Assembly: GCA_913056195.1 (NCBI GenBank)
Contig: CAJXMF010000001.1
Location: 36,270 to 100,269, forward strand
Length of the DNA: 64,000 nt
From: an uncultured Methylococcaceae bacterium
GTDB lineage: Bacteria; Pseudomonadota; Gammaproteobacteria; Methylococcales; Methylomonadaceae
Direction of reading: 5' to 3'
Under the pieces are notes generated by a model that ran no database searches, was not told the origin of the DNA, and saw nothing but the letters and a program-made list of their open reading frames with translations. The position numbers and the translations under genes are program-made. Numbering within the stretch: position 1 is the first letter of the stretch; the number at the start of each line of letters is the position of its first letter. This document shows positions 9,967 to 20,283 of the stretch, in pieces.

Positions 9967-10043
9967 TGGCGTCCCGAGGAGGATTTGAACCCCCGGCCTG
10001 CCCCTTAGGAGGGGGCCGCTCTATCCTGCTGAGCTATCGGGAC
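9967..10043 (-). tRNA. tRNA-Arg (anticodon CCT)
   Basis: The reverse complement folds as a cloverleaf. The acceptor pairs GTCCCGA with TCGGGAC, the anticodon stem is GCCCC/GGGGC with loop CT-CCT-AA, the T-loop is TTCAAAT, and the 3' CCA is encoded. Confidence 0.9.
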
Positions 10044-10167
10044 TGAATAAATGCGTTATTTTAGCATGCAACAGCGACGTATGGGATAGATAGTACTGTA
10101 AGAACATTTATGCCGCTTCTGGATTTTAGGTGACAAACTAAAAATAAAGCTATTTTTTATGTTCAGG

Positions 10168-10194
10168 CTTGAAAAAATAAGATGTTCCCTCATA
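10168..10194 (+). promoter_or_regulatory. sigma32 (heat-shock) type promoter for clpB
   Basis: CTTGAAA, then a ~13-nt spacer, then CCCTCATA. This compares with the consensus CTTGAA-N13-17-CCCCATNT and lies ~40 nt upstream of the clpB ATG. Confidence 0.5.
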
Positions 10195-10234
10195 GTAGAT
10201 GTAAGAAAAAATTTATATAAGTGAGGTGCGCAAT

Positions 10235-12808
10235 ATGCGGATGGATAAATTAACCAGTAAATTTCAAGAGGCTTTATCTGATGCTCAAAGTCTTGCTCTA
10301 GGCAAGGATCATCAGTTTATTGAGCCTGTACATATTATGAGTGCGCTGTTAAATCAGCAAGGCGGAAGTGTCCGACCTTTGTTGATGCAAGCGGGCGTAG
10401 ATGTGAATGCGCTGCAAAATGAAATTCAGCAGGAGTTAGGTCGACTACCGGTTGTTGAAGGTGCCGGTGGCGATGTGCAACTGTCTAACGATACCGGTCG
10501 TGTGCTGAATTTGATGGATAAGTTGGCACAAAAAAGAAACGATGCCTATATTTCCAGTGAGCTATTTCCATTGGCCGCCTTGGAAAGCGGTGGTTTTTTA
10601 CAAAACCTGTTCAAGAAATTGGGTTTGACCAGGGAAAAACTGGAACAAGCGATTGAAAATGTCAGGGGAGGCGAGAACGTGACCGATCCGAATGCGGAAG
10701 AACAAAGACAAGCATTGGAAAAATATACCATTGATTTAACCGAACGTGCAGAACAAGGGAAACTGGATCCTGTTATTGGTCGGGATGATGAGATTCGTCG
10801 GACAGTTCAGGTCTTGCAACGGCGGACTAAAAATAATCCGGTGTTGATTGGTGAGCCTGGTGTGGGTAAAACCGCCATAGTTGAGGGTTTGGCGCAGCGG
10901 ATCGTGAATGGCGAGGTGCCTGAGGGGCTTAAAAATAAACGCTTGTTATCATTAGATATGGCGGCGTTGATTGCGGGCGCAAAATTCCGCGGCGAATTTG
11001 AAGAACGTTTAAAAGCCGTATTAAACGATGTGGCTAAGCAGGAAGGTAATATCATTCTGTTTATCGATGAATTGCATACCATGGTCGGCGCCGGTAAAGC
11101 CGATGGCGCGATGGATGCCGGGAATATGTTGAAACCTGCTTTGGCACGGGGCGAATTGCATTGTGTGGGTGCCACAACGCTGGATGAATACCGGCAATAT
11201 ATTGAAAAAGATGCGGCACTGGAGCGACGTTTCCAGAAAGTGATGGTCGATGAACCTTCGGTTGAGGATACCATTGCGATTCTGAGGGGCTTGAAAGAGC
11301 GTTACGAAGTGCATCACGGGGTGGAAATTACAGATCCTGCGATTGTCGCGGCCGCGACATTATCGCACCGCTATATTACCGATCGACAGTTGCCGGATAA
11401 GGCCATTGACCTGATAGATGAAGCGGCCAGCCGTATCCGTATGGAAATTGACTCCAAACCAGAAGCGATGGATAAGCTGGAGCGCCGCTTGATTCAGTTG
11501 AAGATTGAACGTGAGGCGCTGAAAAAAGAAACCGATCCGGCGTCTAAAAAACGTCTGGAGACGTTGGAGGAAGAAATCGCTTCGCTGGAAAAGGAATATT
11601 CTGATCTGGAAGAAATATGGAAAGCCGAAAAAGCGGCTGTGCAAGGTTCTGCGAGCATTAAGGAAAAACTGGAGCAGGCCCGTCAGGAATTGGAATTTGC
11701 GAGTCGTGCCGGTGATTTGACCAAAATGTCAGAATTGAAATACTCGGTTATTCCGGCCCTTGAGCGCGAGCTGGATCTGGCATCACAGGCTGAAATGCAG
11801 GAAATGCATTTGCTGCGCAATAAAGTGACCGAAGAAGAAATCGCCGAAGTGGTGTCTAAATGGACAGGCATACCGGTGTCCAAAATGCTGGAAGGCGAAA
11901 AAGAGAAACTGTTGCGCATGGAGCAGGAATTAGGTAAGCGTGTCGTCGGACAGGATCAAGCCGTGAAGGCTGTGAGTGCGGCAATTCGTCGTTCGCGCGC
12001 CGGCCTGGCCGATCCGAACAGACCAAATGGTTCGTTTCTGTTTCTGGGACCGACCGGGGTGGGTAAAACCGAGTTGTGTAAATCTTTGGCCGAATTTTTA
12101 TTCGATACCGAAGAATCCATGGTCAGAATCGATATGTCGGAGTTTATGGAAAAACATTCTGTCGCACGGTTGATCGGCGCACCTCCGGGCTATGTCGGCT
12201 ATGAAGAAGGTGGCTATTTAACTGAAGCTGTGCGGCGTAAACCGTATTCCGTCATCCTGATGGATGAGGTCGAAAAAGCGCATCCTGATGTATTCAATAT
12301 TCTGCTACAGGTATTGGATGATGGTCGATTGACGGATGGTCAGGGCCGTACGGTGGATTTTCGTAATACCGTGATCGTCATGACATCTAACCTGGGTTCT
12401 GACAGAATTCAGGAGATGGCCGGTGAAGAAAACTATGATGCGATGAAAAATGCCGTCATGGAAGTGGTTTCCGGACATTTTAGACCGGAATTTATCAACC
12501 GTATTGATGAAGTAGTTGTATTCCACCCATTGACCCGTGAACAGATCCGGGAAATCGCCAAAGTTCAAATTGATCATCTGCTCCAACGCCTGAAAGATCG
12601 TGATATTGAGCTGACGATTACCGATGAAGCACTTGATCTGTTAGGTGAAGCAGGATTTGATCCGGTCTATGGTGCAAGACCGCTGAAAAGAGCCATTCAG
12701 CACCAGCTGGAAAATCCGTTAGCCTCCGAACTGTTGGCGGGCCATTTTGGACCAGGAGACACTATCCGGGTCTATGTTGAAAATGGTGTCTTAACATTCA
12801 GTAAATAA
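10235..12808 (+). CDS. clpB: ATP-dependent chaperone ClpB
   Basis: The N-terminus [21 protein letters not shown] is near-identical in pattern to E. coli ClpB. It has two AAA+ modules ([16 protein letters not shown]) and a middle coiled coil. With the ATG at 10235 the product is 857 aa, as in E. coli. Confidence 0.97.
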   Translation: MRMDKLTSKFQEALSDAQSLALGKDHQFIEPVHIMSALLNQQGGSVRPLLMQAGVDVNALQNEIQQELGRLPVVEGAGGDVQLSNDTGRVLNLMDKLAQKRNDAYISSELFPLAALESGGFLQNLFKKLGLTREKLEQAIENVRGGENVTDPNAEEQRQALEKYTIDLTERAEQGKLDPVIGRDDEIRRTVQVLQRRTKNNPVLIGEPGVGKTAIVEGLAQRIVNGEVPEGLKNKRLLSLDMAALIAGAKFRGEFEERLKAVLNDVAKQEGNIILFIDELHTMVGAGKADGAMDAGNMLKPALARGELHCVGATTLDEYRQYIEKDAALERRFQKVMVDEPSVEDTIAILRGLKERYEVHHGVEITDPAIVAAATLSHRYITDRQLPDKAIDLIDEAASRIRMEIDSKPEAMDKLERRLIQLKIEREALKKETDPASKKRLETLEEEIASLEKEYSDLEEIWKAEKAAVQGSASIKEKLEQARQELEFASRAGDLTKMSELKYSVIPALERELDLASQAEMQEMHLLRNKVTEEEIAEVVSKWTGIPVSKMLEGEKEKLLRMEQELGKRVVGQDQAVKAVSAAIRRSRAGLADPNRPNGSFLFLGPTGVGKTELCKSLAEFLFDTEESMVRIDMSEFMEKHSVARLIGAPPGYVGYEEGGYLTEAVRRKPYSVILMDEVEKAHPDVFNILLQVLDDGRLTDGQGRTVDFRNTVIVMTSNLGSDRIQEMAGEENYDAMKNAVMEVVSGHFRPEFINRIDEVVVFHPLTREQIREIAKVQIDHLLQRLKDRDIELTITDEALDLLGEAGFDPVYGARPLKRAIQHQLENPLASELLAGHFGPGDTIRVYVENGVLTFSK

Positions 12809-12832
12809 AGTCTTCGCCAAGACGATCAGACA

Positions 12833-12866
12833 AGGGCGCTAGCTATAGAGTTAGCGCCCTTTTTTG
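12833..12866 (+). terminator. Rho-independent terminator after clpB
   Basis: AGGGCGCTA...TAGCGCCCT stem followed by TTTTTT. Confidence 0.8.
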
Positions 12867-13024
12867 TTGCGGCGAAATTATACTCACCACACATTGGATT
12901 TTTATCCACAGGCGGAGTATTGTTTATAAGTCAGTTAAACGTGAAGACAGATGTTTGCAGTTGATGTATCTTCTGATACATGTCTTTGATCCTTGCGTGG
13001 TGATTAGTTGGAGCTTAACTGAAT

Positions 13025-13366
13025 ATGCATGAGATGTCTTTGTGTGAAGGGGTGCTGCAGATCTTGCAAACCGAGGCTGAGAAACAAGGCTTTAAACGGG
13101 TCAAAACCGTGTGGCTGGAAATCGGGGAATTATCCAGTGTAGAACCTGAAGCCATGCGTTTTAGTTTTGATGTCGTGATGAAAAACACACTGGCAGACGC
13201 GGCGCAATTAAAAATTATCCATAAACCGGGAGAGGCCTGGTGCACGCAATGTTCAAAAACGGTCAACGTCAAACAGCGTTATGATGAGTGTCCTGATTGC
13301 GGCAATTATCAGCTGCAGATAACAGGTGGTGATGAAATGAAGATAAAAGAACTGGAGGTGGAGTAA
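13025..13366 (+). CDS. hypA: Hydrogenase nickel-insertion protein HypA
   Basis: [10 protein letters not shown]-terminus with zinc-site cysteines CxxC...CxxC (CTQCS, CPDCG); 113 aa. Confidence 0.9.
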   Translation: MHEMSLCEGVLQILQTEAEKQGFKRVKTVWLEIGELSSVEPEAMRFSFDVVMKNTLADAAQLKIIHKPGEAWCTQCSKTVNVKQRYDECPDCGNYQLQITGGDEMKIKELEVE

Positions 13367-14241
13367 TGTGTACAGTATGCGGTTGCGGAGAAGGCGAAAG
13401 CAGAATCGAAGGTGAGCATGCTCACCATCATCATGGACATGATCACGCTCATGCTCATATGCATGAACACGCCGACAGCCATCATTATGGTCACGGCCCG
13501 GCTCATGCCCATGCACCGGGGATGAACCAGTCCCATATGGTGCAGATTGAGCAGGATATTCTGAGCAAGAATGATGAATATGCTCGGGCCAACCGGCAGG
13601 CATTTGCCGAAAATGGGATTCTGACCTTAAATCTGGTTTCCAGCCCGGGATCCGGTAAAACCAGCCTGCTGACCCGCACCCTGCAGGATTTAGGCGATGA
13701 AATCCCCATGGCGGTGATTGAAGGCGATCAGGAAACCAGTCGGGATGCTGACCGGATAAGAGAAACCGGCGTCAGGGCTGTGCAAATCAACACCGGCAAG
13801 GGCTGTCATCTGGATGCCCACCAGGTTGGACATGCTGTGGATCATTTGGAACTGGCGCGGGATTCTGTTCTGATGATTGAAAATGTCGGTAACTTGGTCT
13901 GCCCGGCGGCCTTTGATTTAGGAGAAGCGGCTAAAGTCGCGATTCTGTCGGTGACAGAAGGTGAAGACAAACCGATAAAATACCCGGATATGTTTCATGC
14001 GGCGGATATTTTACTGCTAAACAAAATCGACTTGTTACCATATCTTGATTTTGATGTGGCGCAATGTATTGATTATGCCCGGAGGATTAATCCCGGTATC
14101 CAGATTTTTAAGGTTTCAGCAAAAACAGGTGAAGGCATGCAGGATTGGTATCGGTGGATAGAAACAGCCTTGGAGTCCCGGTTGCTGGGTCATACGTTAC
14201 AGGCTGCCGATGCTCCGGCTGCAAACACCGTGACAGGTTGA
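13366..14241 (+). CDS. hypB: Hydrogenase nickel-incorporation GTPase HypB
   Basis: MCTVCGCG high-affinity Ni motif, a His-rich stretch, the P-loop [11 protein letters not shown] and ENVGNLVCP. Confidence 0.95.
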   Translation: MCTVCGCGEGESRIEGEHAHHHHGHDHAHAHMHEHADSHHYGHGPAHAHAPGMNQSHMVQIEQDILSKNDEYARANRQAFAENGILTLNLVSSPGSGKTSLLTRTLQDLGDEIPMAVIEGDQETSRDADRIRETGVRAVQINTGKGCHLDAHQVGHAVDHLELARDSVLMIENVGNLVCPAAFDLGEAAKVAILSVTEGEDKPIKYPDMFHAADILLLNKIDLLPYLDFDVAQCIDYARRINPGIQIFKVSAKTGEGMQDWYRWIETALESRLLGHTLQAADAPAANTVTG

Positions 14242-14312
14242 TGGCGGCCTTGCGTACTGAAATTACTACAGCGTAAAGGGACTTATTCTTTTTTGAAATA
14301 TCTGGCTTAACT

Positions 14313-16685
14313 ATGCCCAAAACCACATCCCCACCTGCTGCCGGTGTCACATTGCGTATCCGTGGTCTGGTGCAAGGCGTGGGTTTTCGGCCATTTATCT
14401 GGCGTCTGGCTCACCGGCATCACCTGGGCGGCCGGGTATTGAATGATGGCAGTGGTGTTTTGATTGAGGTGTGGGGTGAGCCACAAAGACTGGATACATT
14501 TATCCGGGATATTCCCGAGCATTGTCCGCCTTTAGCCAGAATTGATCATGTTGAGCAGCAGCCGTTGCAGGCTCAGTCAGGGCATTCATTTGAAATTGTC
14601 GACAGCCGGCAAGGTAATATGCAGACCGGGGTGGCGGCTGATGCTGCAATTTGTCAGGACTGTCTTGACGACATCAACGATCCACTGAACCGGCGTTATC
14701 GCTATGCCTTTACCAATTGCACCCATTGCGGTCCGCGCCTGTCGATTATCAACAACATACCCTATGATCGCTGTCATACCAGCATGGCTAAATTCAAGCT
14801 GTGTGACGACTGTCAGGCTGAATATGATAATCCCGCCGATCGCCGCTTTCATGCCCAGCCAAATGCTTGCCCTGTATGTGGGCCACGGCTGTGGCTGGAA
14901 CCTGCCGCTGATTTTATTGAGGCTGTTGATGATATTGAACGCGCCGCTGAATTGATTCGGCAGGGGATGATTATTGCCATAAAAGGCATTGGTGGTTTTC
15001 ATCTAGCCTGTGATGCCTTGAATGAACAGGCTGTTTCCCGGCTCAGGCAACATAAGCAGCGCGATGCCAAGCCCTTTGCGATGATGGCTAAATCAGTTGA
15101 TATGATTCGGCAATATTGTCGGGTAACGGATTATGAGGCGGATTTATTGTCCTCACCCCAGGCACCGATTATATTACTTGATAAAAAACAGGCAATATCC
15201 TGGCCGCTGGCCAGTCAGATTGCAGCCGAGCAATCTGAATTGGGTTTTATGTTGCCGTATACTGCATTACATACCCTGTTAATGCAGGAAATGGACGCCC
15301 CGCTGGTGATGACATCGGCCAATCTGAGTGATTTCCCTCAATGTATTGATAATGATTTAGCGCGCCAGCAGCTAACGGGGCTGGCGGATTATTTTCTGAT
15401 GCATGACCGGGATATTCTGCATCGACTGGATGATTCGGTTGTCTGGGTGGTTAACGGGCAGTGCCGGATGATGCGGCGAGCCCGGGGCTATGCACCCCAT
15501 GCCATAATGCTGCCACAGGGGTTTGACAACGGTTCGGATTTACTGGCCATGGGCGGTGAACTTAAAAATACTTTTTGTCTGATTAAAAACGGGCAGGCGG
15601 TGTTATCGCAGCATATGGGGGATCTTGAAAATGCCGCGGTGCTGCTCGATTATGAGAATGCAATAAAACTGTATCAACGTTTGTTTAACCATCGGCCGAA
15701 AATTCTGGCCGTTGATGCGCATCCTGAATATATTTCCAGCAAACTGGGGATGCAACAAGCCGTCGAATACGGTATTGAGCCCATTACAGTACAGCATCAT
15801 CATGCCCATATTGCCGCGTGTCTGGCTGACAATGGCTGGCCAATAGCCGCAGGGAAGGTATTGGGAATTGTGCTGGATGGCTTGGGTTTTGGAGAAGATG
15901 GAGAACTATGGGGCGGTGAATTTTTACTGGCCGATTACTCAAGCAGTATACGCCTTGCAACCATGAGACCGATTGCCTTAATCGGTGGCGCACTGGCCAT
16001 GCGGGAGCCGTGGCGTAATACTTATGCGCATTTACAGGCGGCTTTTGACTGGTCAGATCTACAAAAACAATACCCGGAACTTGAACTGATACAATTTCTA
16101 CAACAAAAGCCGTTGGCAACAATTGATGCCATGTTAACCAATAAGCTGAATACCCCACTGGCCTCATCCTGCGGTCGTTTGTTTGATGCGGTTGCCGCTG
16201 CAATTGGCCTGTGTCGGAATCAAATCAGCTATGAAGGGCAAGCCGCTATGGCATTGGAAAACCGCGTCAGTCAGGCATTGCTGATAAGCGAGAAAGATCA
16301 GGGCTACTCATTTGTGATTGACAAACATAGCGCGATACCGCGCTTGCTGGCCGATAAAATGTGGCAAGCATTATTGGATGATTTACAGCACGGGGTTGCA
16401 GAAGCGGTAATAGTCAGTCGTTTTCACCTGGGGCTGGCGGATGGACTGATGAAAATGGTTTTATATTTACAGTCCAAACAACAGACCCGCCTGGATAATA
16501 TCGTATTATCCGGCGGTGTCTTTCAAAACAGAGTACTCTTTCAATTGGTGGACAGCAAACTGAAAGAGGCCGGGTTTAATGTCTTGACTCATCGCTGGGT
16601 TCCCGCTAATGATGGCGGACTTGCATTCGGACAGGCCATGGTTGCATTGGCCCGAACCATGAAGGAGAAAGCAGTATGTGTTTAG
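14313..16685 (+). CDS. hypF: Carbamoyltransferase HypF
   Basis: 790 aa with an acylphosphatase-like N-terminus (VQGVGFRPF), four CxxC zinc-finger motifs, and YrdC-like and Kae1-like regions. Confidence 0.95.
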   Translation: MPKTTSPPAAGVTLRIRGLVQGVGFRPFIWRLAHRHHLGGRVLNDGSGVLIEVWGEPQRLDTFIRDIPEHCPPLARIDHVEQQPLQAQSGHSFEIVDSRQGNMQTGVAADAAICQDCLDDINDPLNRRYRYAFTNCTHCGPRLSIINNIPYDRCHTSMAKFKLCDDCQAEYDNPADRRFHAQPNACPVCGPRLWLEPAADFIEAVDDIERAAELIRQGMIIAIKGIGGFHLACDALNEQAVSRLRQHKQRDAKPFAMMAKSVDMIRQYCRVTDYEADLLSSPQAPIILLDKKQAISWPLASQIAAEQSELGFMLPYTALHTLLMQEMDAPLVMTSANLSDFPQCIDNDLARQQLTGLADYFLMHDRDILHRLDDSVVWVVNGQCRMMRRARGYAPHAIMLPQGFDNGSDLLAMGGELKNTFCLIKNGQAVLSQHMGDLENAAVLLDYENAIKLYQRLFNHRPKILAVDAHPEYISSKLGMQQAVEYGIEPITVQHHHAHIAACLADNGWPIAAGKVLGIVLDGLGFGEDGELWGGEFLLADYSSSIRLATMRPIALIGGALAMREPWRNTYAHLQAAFDWSDLQKQYPELELIQFLQQKPLATIDAMLTNKLNTPLASSCGRLFDAVAAAIGLCRNQISYEGQAAMALENRVSQALLISEKDQGYSFVIDKHSAIPRLLADKMWQALLDDLQHGVAEAVIVSRFHLGLADGLMKMVLYLQSKQQTRLDNIVLSGGVFQNRVLFQLVDSKLKEAGFNVLTHRWVPANDGGLAFGQAMVALARTMKEKAVCV

Positions 16686-16966
16686 GTATACCGGGACAGA
16701 TTGTTGAAATAACCGATAGCAAACAATTATTGGCCAAAGTTGATGTGGCAGGCGTCAGACGCCAAGTGAATATTGCCTGTGTTGTCGATGATTCAGAGCA
16801 GGCACAATCTTGTGTGGGTGACTGGGTGTTGGTGCATGTGGGATTTGCTATGAGCCGGATTGATGAGCAGGAAGCACAGAAAACACTGGCCTTGCTGAGT
16901 GAACTGGGTGAAGTACAGCAGGAACTGGACGCCATGCAGGACAGCCAGACAGTGCTGGGGTCTTAA
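16676..16966 (+). CDS. hypC: Hydrogenase assembly chaperone HypC/HupF family
   Basis: MCLGIPGQIVEI N-terminus with the essential Cys2. Overlaps the hypF stop. Confidence 0.9.
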   Translation: MCLGIPGQIVEITDSKQLLAKVDVAGVRRQVNIACVVDDSEQAQSCVGDWVLVHVGFAMSRIDEQEAQKTLALLSELGEVQQELDAMQDSQTVLGS

Positions 16967-17661
16967 TGTCTGCCGAAGATTCGTTAAAAGCTTTGTATCC
17001 TTTTTTACAGGGTGAAAAAAAGCCGGCTGCCAGTGAGAATGGGGCGTTGCTTGAAACCGTGCGTCAAAAAGCCAATCATTCCGTTGAGATAAAACAACAG
17101 TTTTTTGCCGCTAACAGTCAGCAGTTGATTGACATTGCCCATGCGCTGGCCGAGGTATATCGCCATCAGGGCCGCCTCTTTACCATGGGTAATGGTGGTT
17201 CCAGTTGTGATGCCGCGCATCTGGCAGTCGAATTTCAGCATCCTGTAACGACAGGACGGCCGGCACTGCCCGCGATGAATCTGTGTATGGATATGGCAAT
17301 GATTTCTGCGGTCAGTAATGATATTGGCGTGCAGCATGTATTTACCCGTCAGCTTGATGCACATGCCCGTGCTGGCGATGCGCTGGTCGGTTTTTCCACC
17401 AGCGGCAATTCGGCCAATCTGATGAATGGCTTCAGTAAGGCGCGTGATATGAATTTGCTTACCGTGGGATTTGCCGGTGGTGATGGCGGGGAAATGAAAA
17501 GTTCCGAATTACTCGATTATTGCCTGGTGGTTGAAACCGACTCCATTCATCGGGTTCAGGAAGTACATGTCGCCTGTTATCACATACTCTGGGACCTGGT
17601 TCATACACTGTTGGCCGATCAGCGGGGTTTTTTGGCCGAACCGCCAGGAAAAAGCCGATGA
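16966..17661 (+). CDS. SIS-domain protein, GmhA (sedoheptulose-7-phosphate isomerase)-like, embedded in the hyp operon
   Basis: GNGGSSCDAAHLAVEF, NDIG...VFTRQ and GFSTSGNSANL match the GmhA/SIS signature. The start abuts the hypC stop and the 3' end overlaps hypD by 4 nt. Confidence 0.8.
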   Translation: MSAEDSLKALYPFLQGEKKPAASENGALLETVRQKANHSVEIKQQFFAANSQQLIDIAHALAEVYRHQGRLFTMGNGGSSCDAAHLAVEFQHPVTTGRPALPAMNLCMDMAMISAVSNDIGVQHVFTRQLDAHARAGDALVGFSTSGNSANLMNGFSKARDMNLLTVGFAGGDGGEMKSSELLDYCLVVETDSIHRVQEVHVACYHILWDLVHTLLADQRGFLAEPPGKSR

Positions 17662-18809
17662 AATTTGTTGATGAATTTCGCGACCCGAAAAAAGCCCGTG
17701 CATTGATTGAACAAATCAACAAACTGGGAGAGAAAATACAACGAACCGACAGCCGCCCATTACAGCTGATGGAATTTTGTGGCGGCCATACCCATACCAT
17801 TTTCCGTTACGGCATAGAGCCGATGCTGCCAGACTGGATAGAACTGATTCACGGGCCGGGCTGTCCGGTATGTGTTTTGCCTATGGGGCGGGTGGATGAT
17901 TGCGTAGCGCTGGCTGAAAGGCCGGATGTGATTTTTACCACATTTGGCGATGCCATGCGGGTGCCGGGTTCTAAAAAAAGTCTGCTTCAGGCAAAGGCGG
18001 AAGGTGCAGATATCCGCCTGGTGTATTCACCGCTGGATGCCTTGCAATTGGCGCGAAAAAATCCGGAGCGTCAGGTTATCTTTTTTGCATTGGGTTTTGA
18101 AACCACCATGCCCAGCACCGCATTAACCGTATTGCAGGCAGAGCGTGATGGCGTGGAAAACTTTTCCTTGTTTTGCAATCACATCACAACCGTACCGACG
18201 ATTAAGGCTATTCTGGACTCCCCCGACATGAAAATAGACGGCTTTCTGGCGCCCGGACATGTCAGCATGGTGGTCGGCGAGCAGCCGTTTCAGTTTGTAT
18301 CACAAGCTTATAAAAAGCCGATTGTCATTACCGGCTTTGAGCCGCTGGATATTCTGCATTCCATCTGGATGTTGCTGAAACAAATCACCGAACATCGCTG
18401 TGCGGTTGAAAACCAGTATGCCCGGATTGTTCCTCCCGAGGGTAATAAAATCGGTCTGAAGGCGATAGAACAGGTGTTTGAAATCCGTGAGTTTTTCGAA
18501 TGGCGGGGGCTGGGTTCAATCGATCATTCCGGCGTCAGAATGCGTGAGCGCTATGCCCGTTTTGATGCGGAACAGAAATTTGCCATTCCAAATCTTAAAA
18601 TTGCAGACCCTAAATCCTGTCAATGTGGCGAGGTGCTGAAAGGCGTTATCCGGCCGTGGGAATGCAAGGTATTTGCCGGCAGCTGTACTCCTGAAACGCC
18701 GATGGGTGCCTTGATGGTGTCATCGGAAGGCGCTTGTGCAGCGTATTATAATTTTGGCAATATTCCTGAATTATTGTCCAAACGGCAGACCGCGAAAAAG
18801 GAGTCATAA
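17658..18809 (+). CDS. hypD: Hydrogenase formation protein HypD
   Basis: MKFVDEFRDP N-terminus, with CGGHTH, GPGCPVCV and the C-terminal CxxC cluster. Confidence 0.95.
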   Translation: MKFVDEFRDPKKARALIEQINKLGEKIQRTDSRPLQLMEFCGGHTHTIFRYGIEPMLPDWIELIHGPGCPVCVLPMGRVDDCVALAERPDVIFTTFGDAMRVPGSKKSLLQAKAEGADIRLVYSPLDALQLARKNPERQVIFFALGFETTMPSTALTVLQAERDGVENFSLFCNHITTVPTIKAILDSPDMKIDGFLAPGHVSMVVGEQPFQFVSQAYKKPIVITGFEPLDILHSIWMLLKQITEHRCAVENQYARIVPPEGNKIGLKAIEQVFEIREFFEWRGLGSIDHSGVRMRERYARFDAEQKFAIPNLKIADPKSCQCGEVLKGVIRPWECKVFAGSCTPETPMGALMVSSEGACAAYYNFGNIPELLSKRQTAKKES

Positions 18810-19856
18810 ATGAGTCGCCCACTTCGTCAATTCAATGCGGAAATCATTACTCTGGCCCATGGCAGCGGTGGCAAGGCCACGCGTGATTTAATCGAAAATG
18901 TTTTTGTCAGCAGTTTTGACAATAAATATTTAAACCAACTGGAAGATCAGGCGCGTTTTGACCTGACCGACATCGGCAAACACGGCAAGCGCCTGGCTTT
19001 AACAACGGATTCCTATGTTATCGACCCGTTGTTTGTTCCGGGCGGTGATATTGGCAAACTGGCTGTCACCGGAACTGTTAATGATTTGGCTGTAGGCGGT
19101 GCAAAACCGCTGTACCTGACTTGCAGCATGATTATCGAGGAAGGTCTGACGATGGATGCGTTGCGCCGTGTTGTTTTGTCCATGAAGGCCGCCGCCGCTG
19201 AGGCGGGTGTTGCCATTGTAACGGGTGATACCAAAGTGGTTCAGCGTGGGGCGGCCGATAAGCTGTTTATCAATACCGCCGGTGTCGGAGTGATTCCTCA
19301 AGATGTGGATATTCGGGCAGATAAGGCCCGGCCTGGAGATGTCATTATCGTCAATGGTTTTATCGGCGATCATGGTGCAGCCATCGTCGATGCCCGGGGC
19401 GATATGGCATTGGAAAACACCATCAAGTCAGATTGTCAGGCACTGAATGGTCTAATAGAGAGGATGCTGGATGTCTGTCCGGATATTCATTGTATGCGCG
19501 ATGCAACCCGAGGCGGTGTGGCAACGGTATTAAATGAATTTGCCGAGGCCAGTTCGGTTGCCATTATGCTGGATGAAACAGCGATTCCGGTAAGGCAGGA
19601 AGTCAGAGGAATGTGTGAAATTCTCGGGCTGGATCCGCTTTATTTGGCTAATGAAGGCAAACTGCTTGCCGTGGTTCCGGCATCTCATGCCGATAAGTTG
19701 ATTGCGCAAATGAAGCAGCACCCGGCTGGCAGGGATAGTGTCATCATCGGCCGGGTAGATCAAAGTCCGGCTGGCCGGGTAATACTGGAAACGGGGTTTG
19801 GCGGCTCGCGCATTATTGATATGCTGGTCGGCGAACAGTTACCCAGAATTTGTTAA
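18810..19856 (+). CDS. hypE: Hydrogenase expression/formation protein HypE
   Basis: AIR-synthase-like fold pattern and the C-terminal PRIC motif, with the terminal Cys that is cyanated. Confidence 0.95.
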   Translation: MSRPLRQFNAEIITLAHGSGGKATRDLIENVFVSSFDNKYLNQLEDQARFDLTDIGKHGKRLALTTDSYVIDPLFVPGGDIGKLAVTGTVNDLAVGGAKPLYLTCSMIIEEGLTMDALRRVVLSMKAAAAEAGVAIVTGDTKVVQRGAADKLFINTAGVGVIPQDVDIRADKARPGDVIIVNGFIGDHGAAIVDARGDMALENTIKSDCQALNGLIERMLDVCPDIHCMRDATRGGVATVLNEFAEASSVAIMLDETAIPVRQEVRGMCEILGLDPLYLANEGKLLAVVPASHADKLIAQMKQHPAGRDSVIIGRVDQSPAGRVILETGFGGSRIIDMLVGEQLPRIC

Positions 19857-20026
19857 TACAGGAATCAACACGTCATTCTGTATTTTAGTTTTGGGCTTTC
19901 TGGTGGGAAAGAGAAGTCCAGGATAACCATCCTTGCTCTCAAATTAGTGTATTGATGAATAGCTGCCAATGGCAAAAGGACTGGGACAATAAGTCTATAC
20001 GTTGACAGGATATAAAATCCTCAGGC

Positions 20027-20060
20027 AAAAAAAAGCCTTCCCTGTTTTTACGGGGAAGGC
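20027..20060 (-). terminator. Rho-independent terminator oriented for a minus-strand transcript
   Basis: The stem pairs GCCTTCCCTG with CGGGGAAGGC. The 8-nt A run lies on its low-coordinate side, which is a U run only for minus-strand RNA. There is no T run on the plus-strand side. Confidence 0.6.
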
Positions 20061-20170
20061 TAAAAAGTCAAGCGGAGTGTGTTATGAGGAGGTTCCACTT
20101 GTAATACAACACCAAGGAGGTAGTTACATCTGATCGTCATGTTCCGCTAATAGCGCTCTGTTTCGATTGG
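20028..20170 (-). ncRNA. Candidate small RNA (5' end uncertain) ending at the orphan terminator
   Basis: No ORF of 60 aa or more is present. A minus-strand sigma70-like promoter reads TTGTAA-16 nt-TACAAT (20203..20176). The transcript body carries two CCUCC motifs. See findings. Confidence 0.25.
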
Positions 20171-20222
20171 GTACTATTGTACGGATAAATAAGAAGTTTA
20201 CAATACAGCATAGAATAAATAG

Positions 20223-20245
20223 ATTGTTTTTATTTTGGAAACAAT
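20223..20245. promoter_or_regulatory. ATTGTTT-N9-AAACAAT dyad (contains T-N11-A); candidate LysR-type binding site
   Basis: A 7-bp inverted repeat read from the sequence, ~40-60 nt upstream of the LysR-family gene start. Confidence 0.3.
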
Positions 20246-20283
20246 TAAAATGTCAACGCTTTAATTCTTTTTATTGATAGTGA

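Noticed and set aside
9675-10225. tRNA-Arg(CCT) as a possible genomic-island integration site
   Set aside because: There is no integrase, no phage or transposon genes, and no visible direct repeat of the tRNA 3' end on either side. The flanking genes are ordinary chromosomal genes.
13400-13520. Repetitive CAT/CAC-rich DNA
   Set aside because: It encodes the His-rich Ni-storage stretch of HypB. It is not an independent repeat element.
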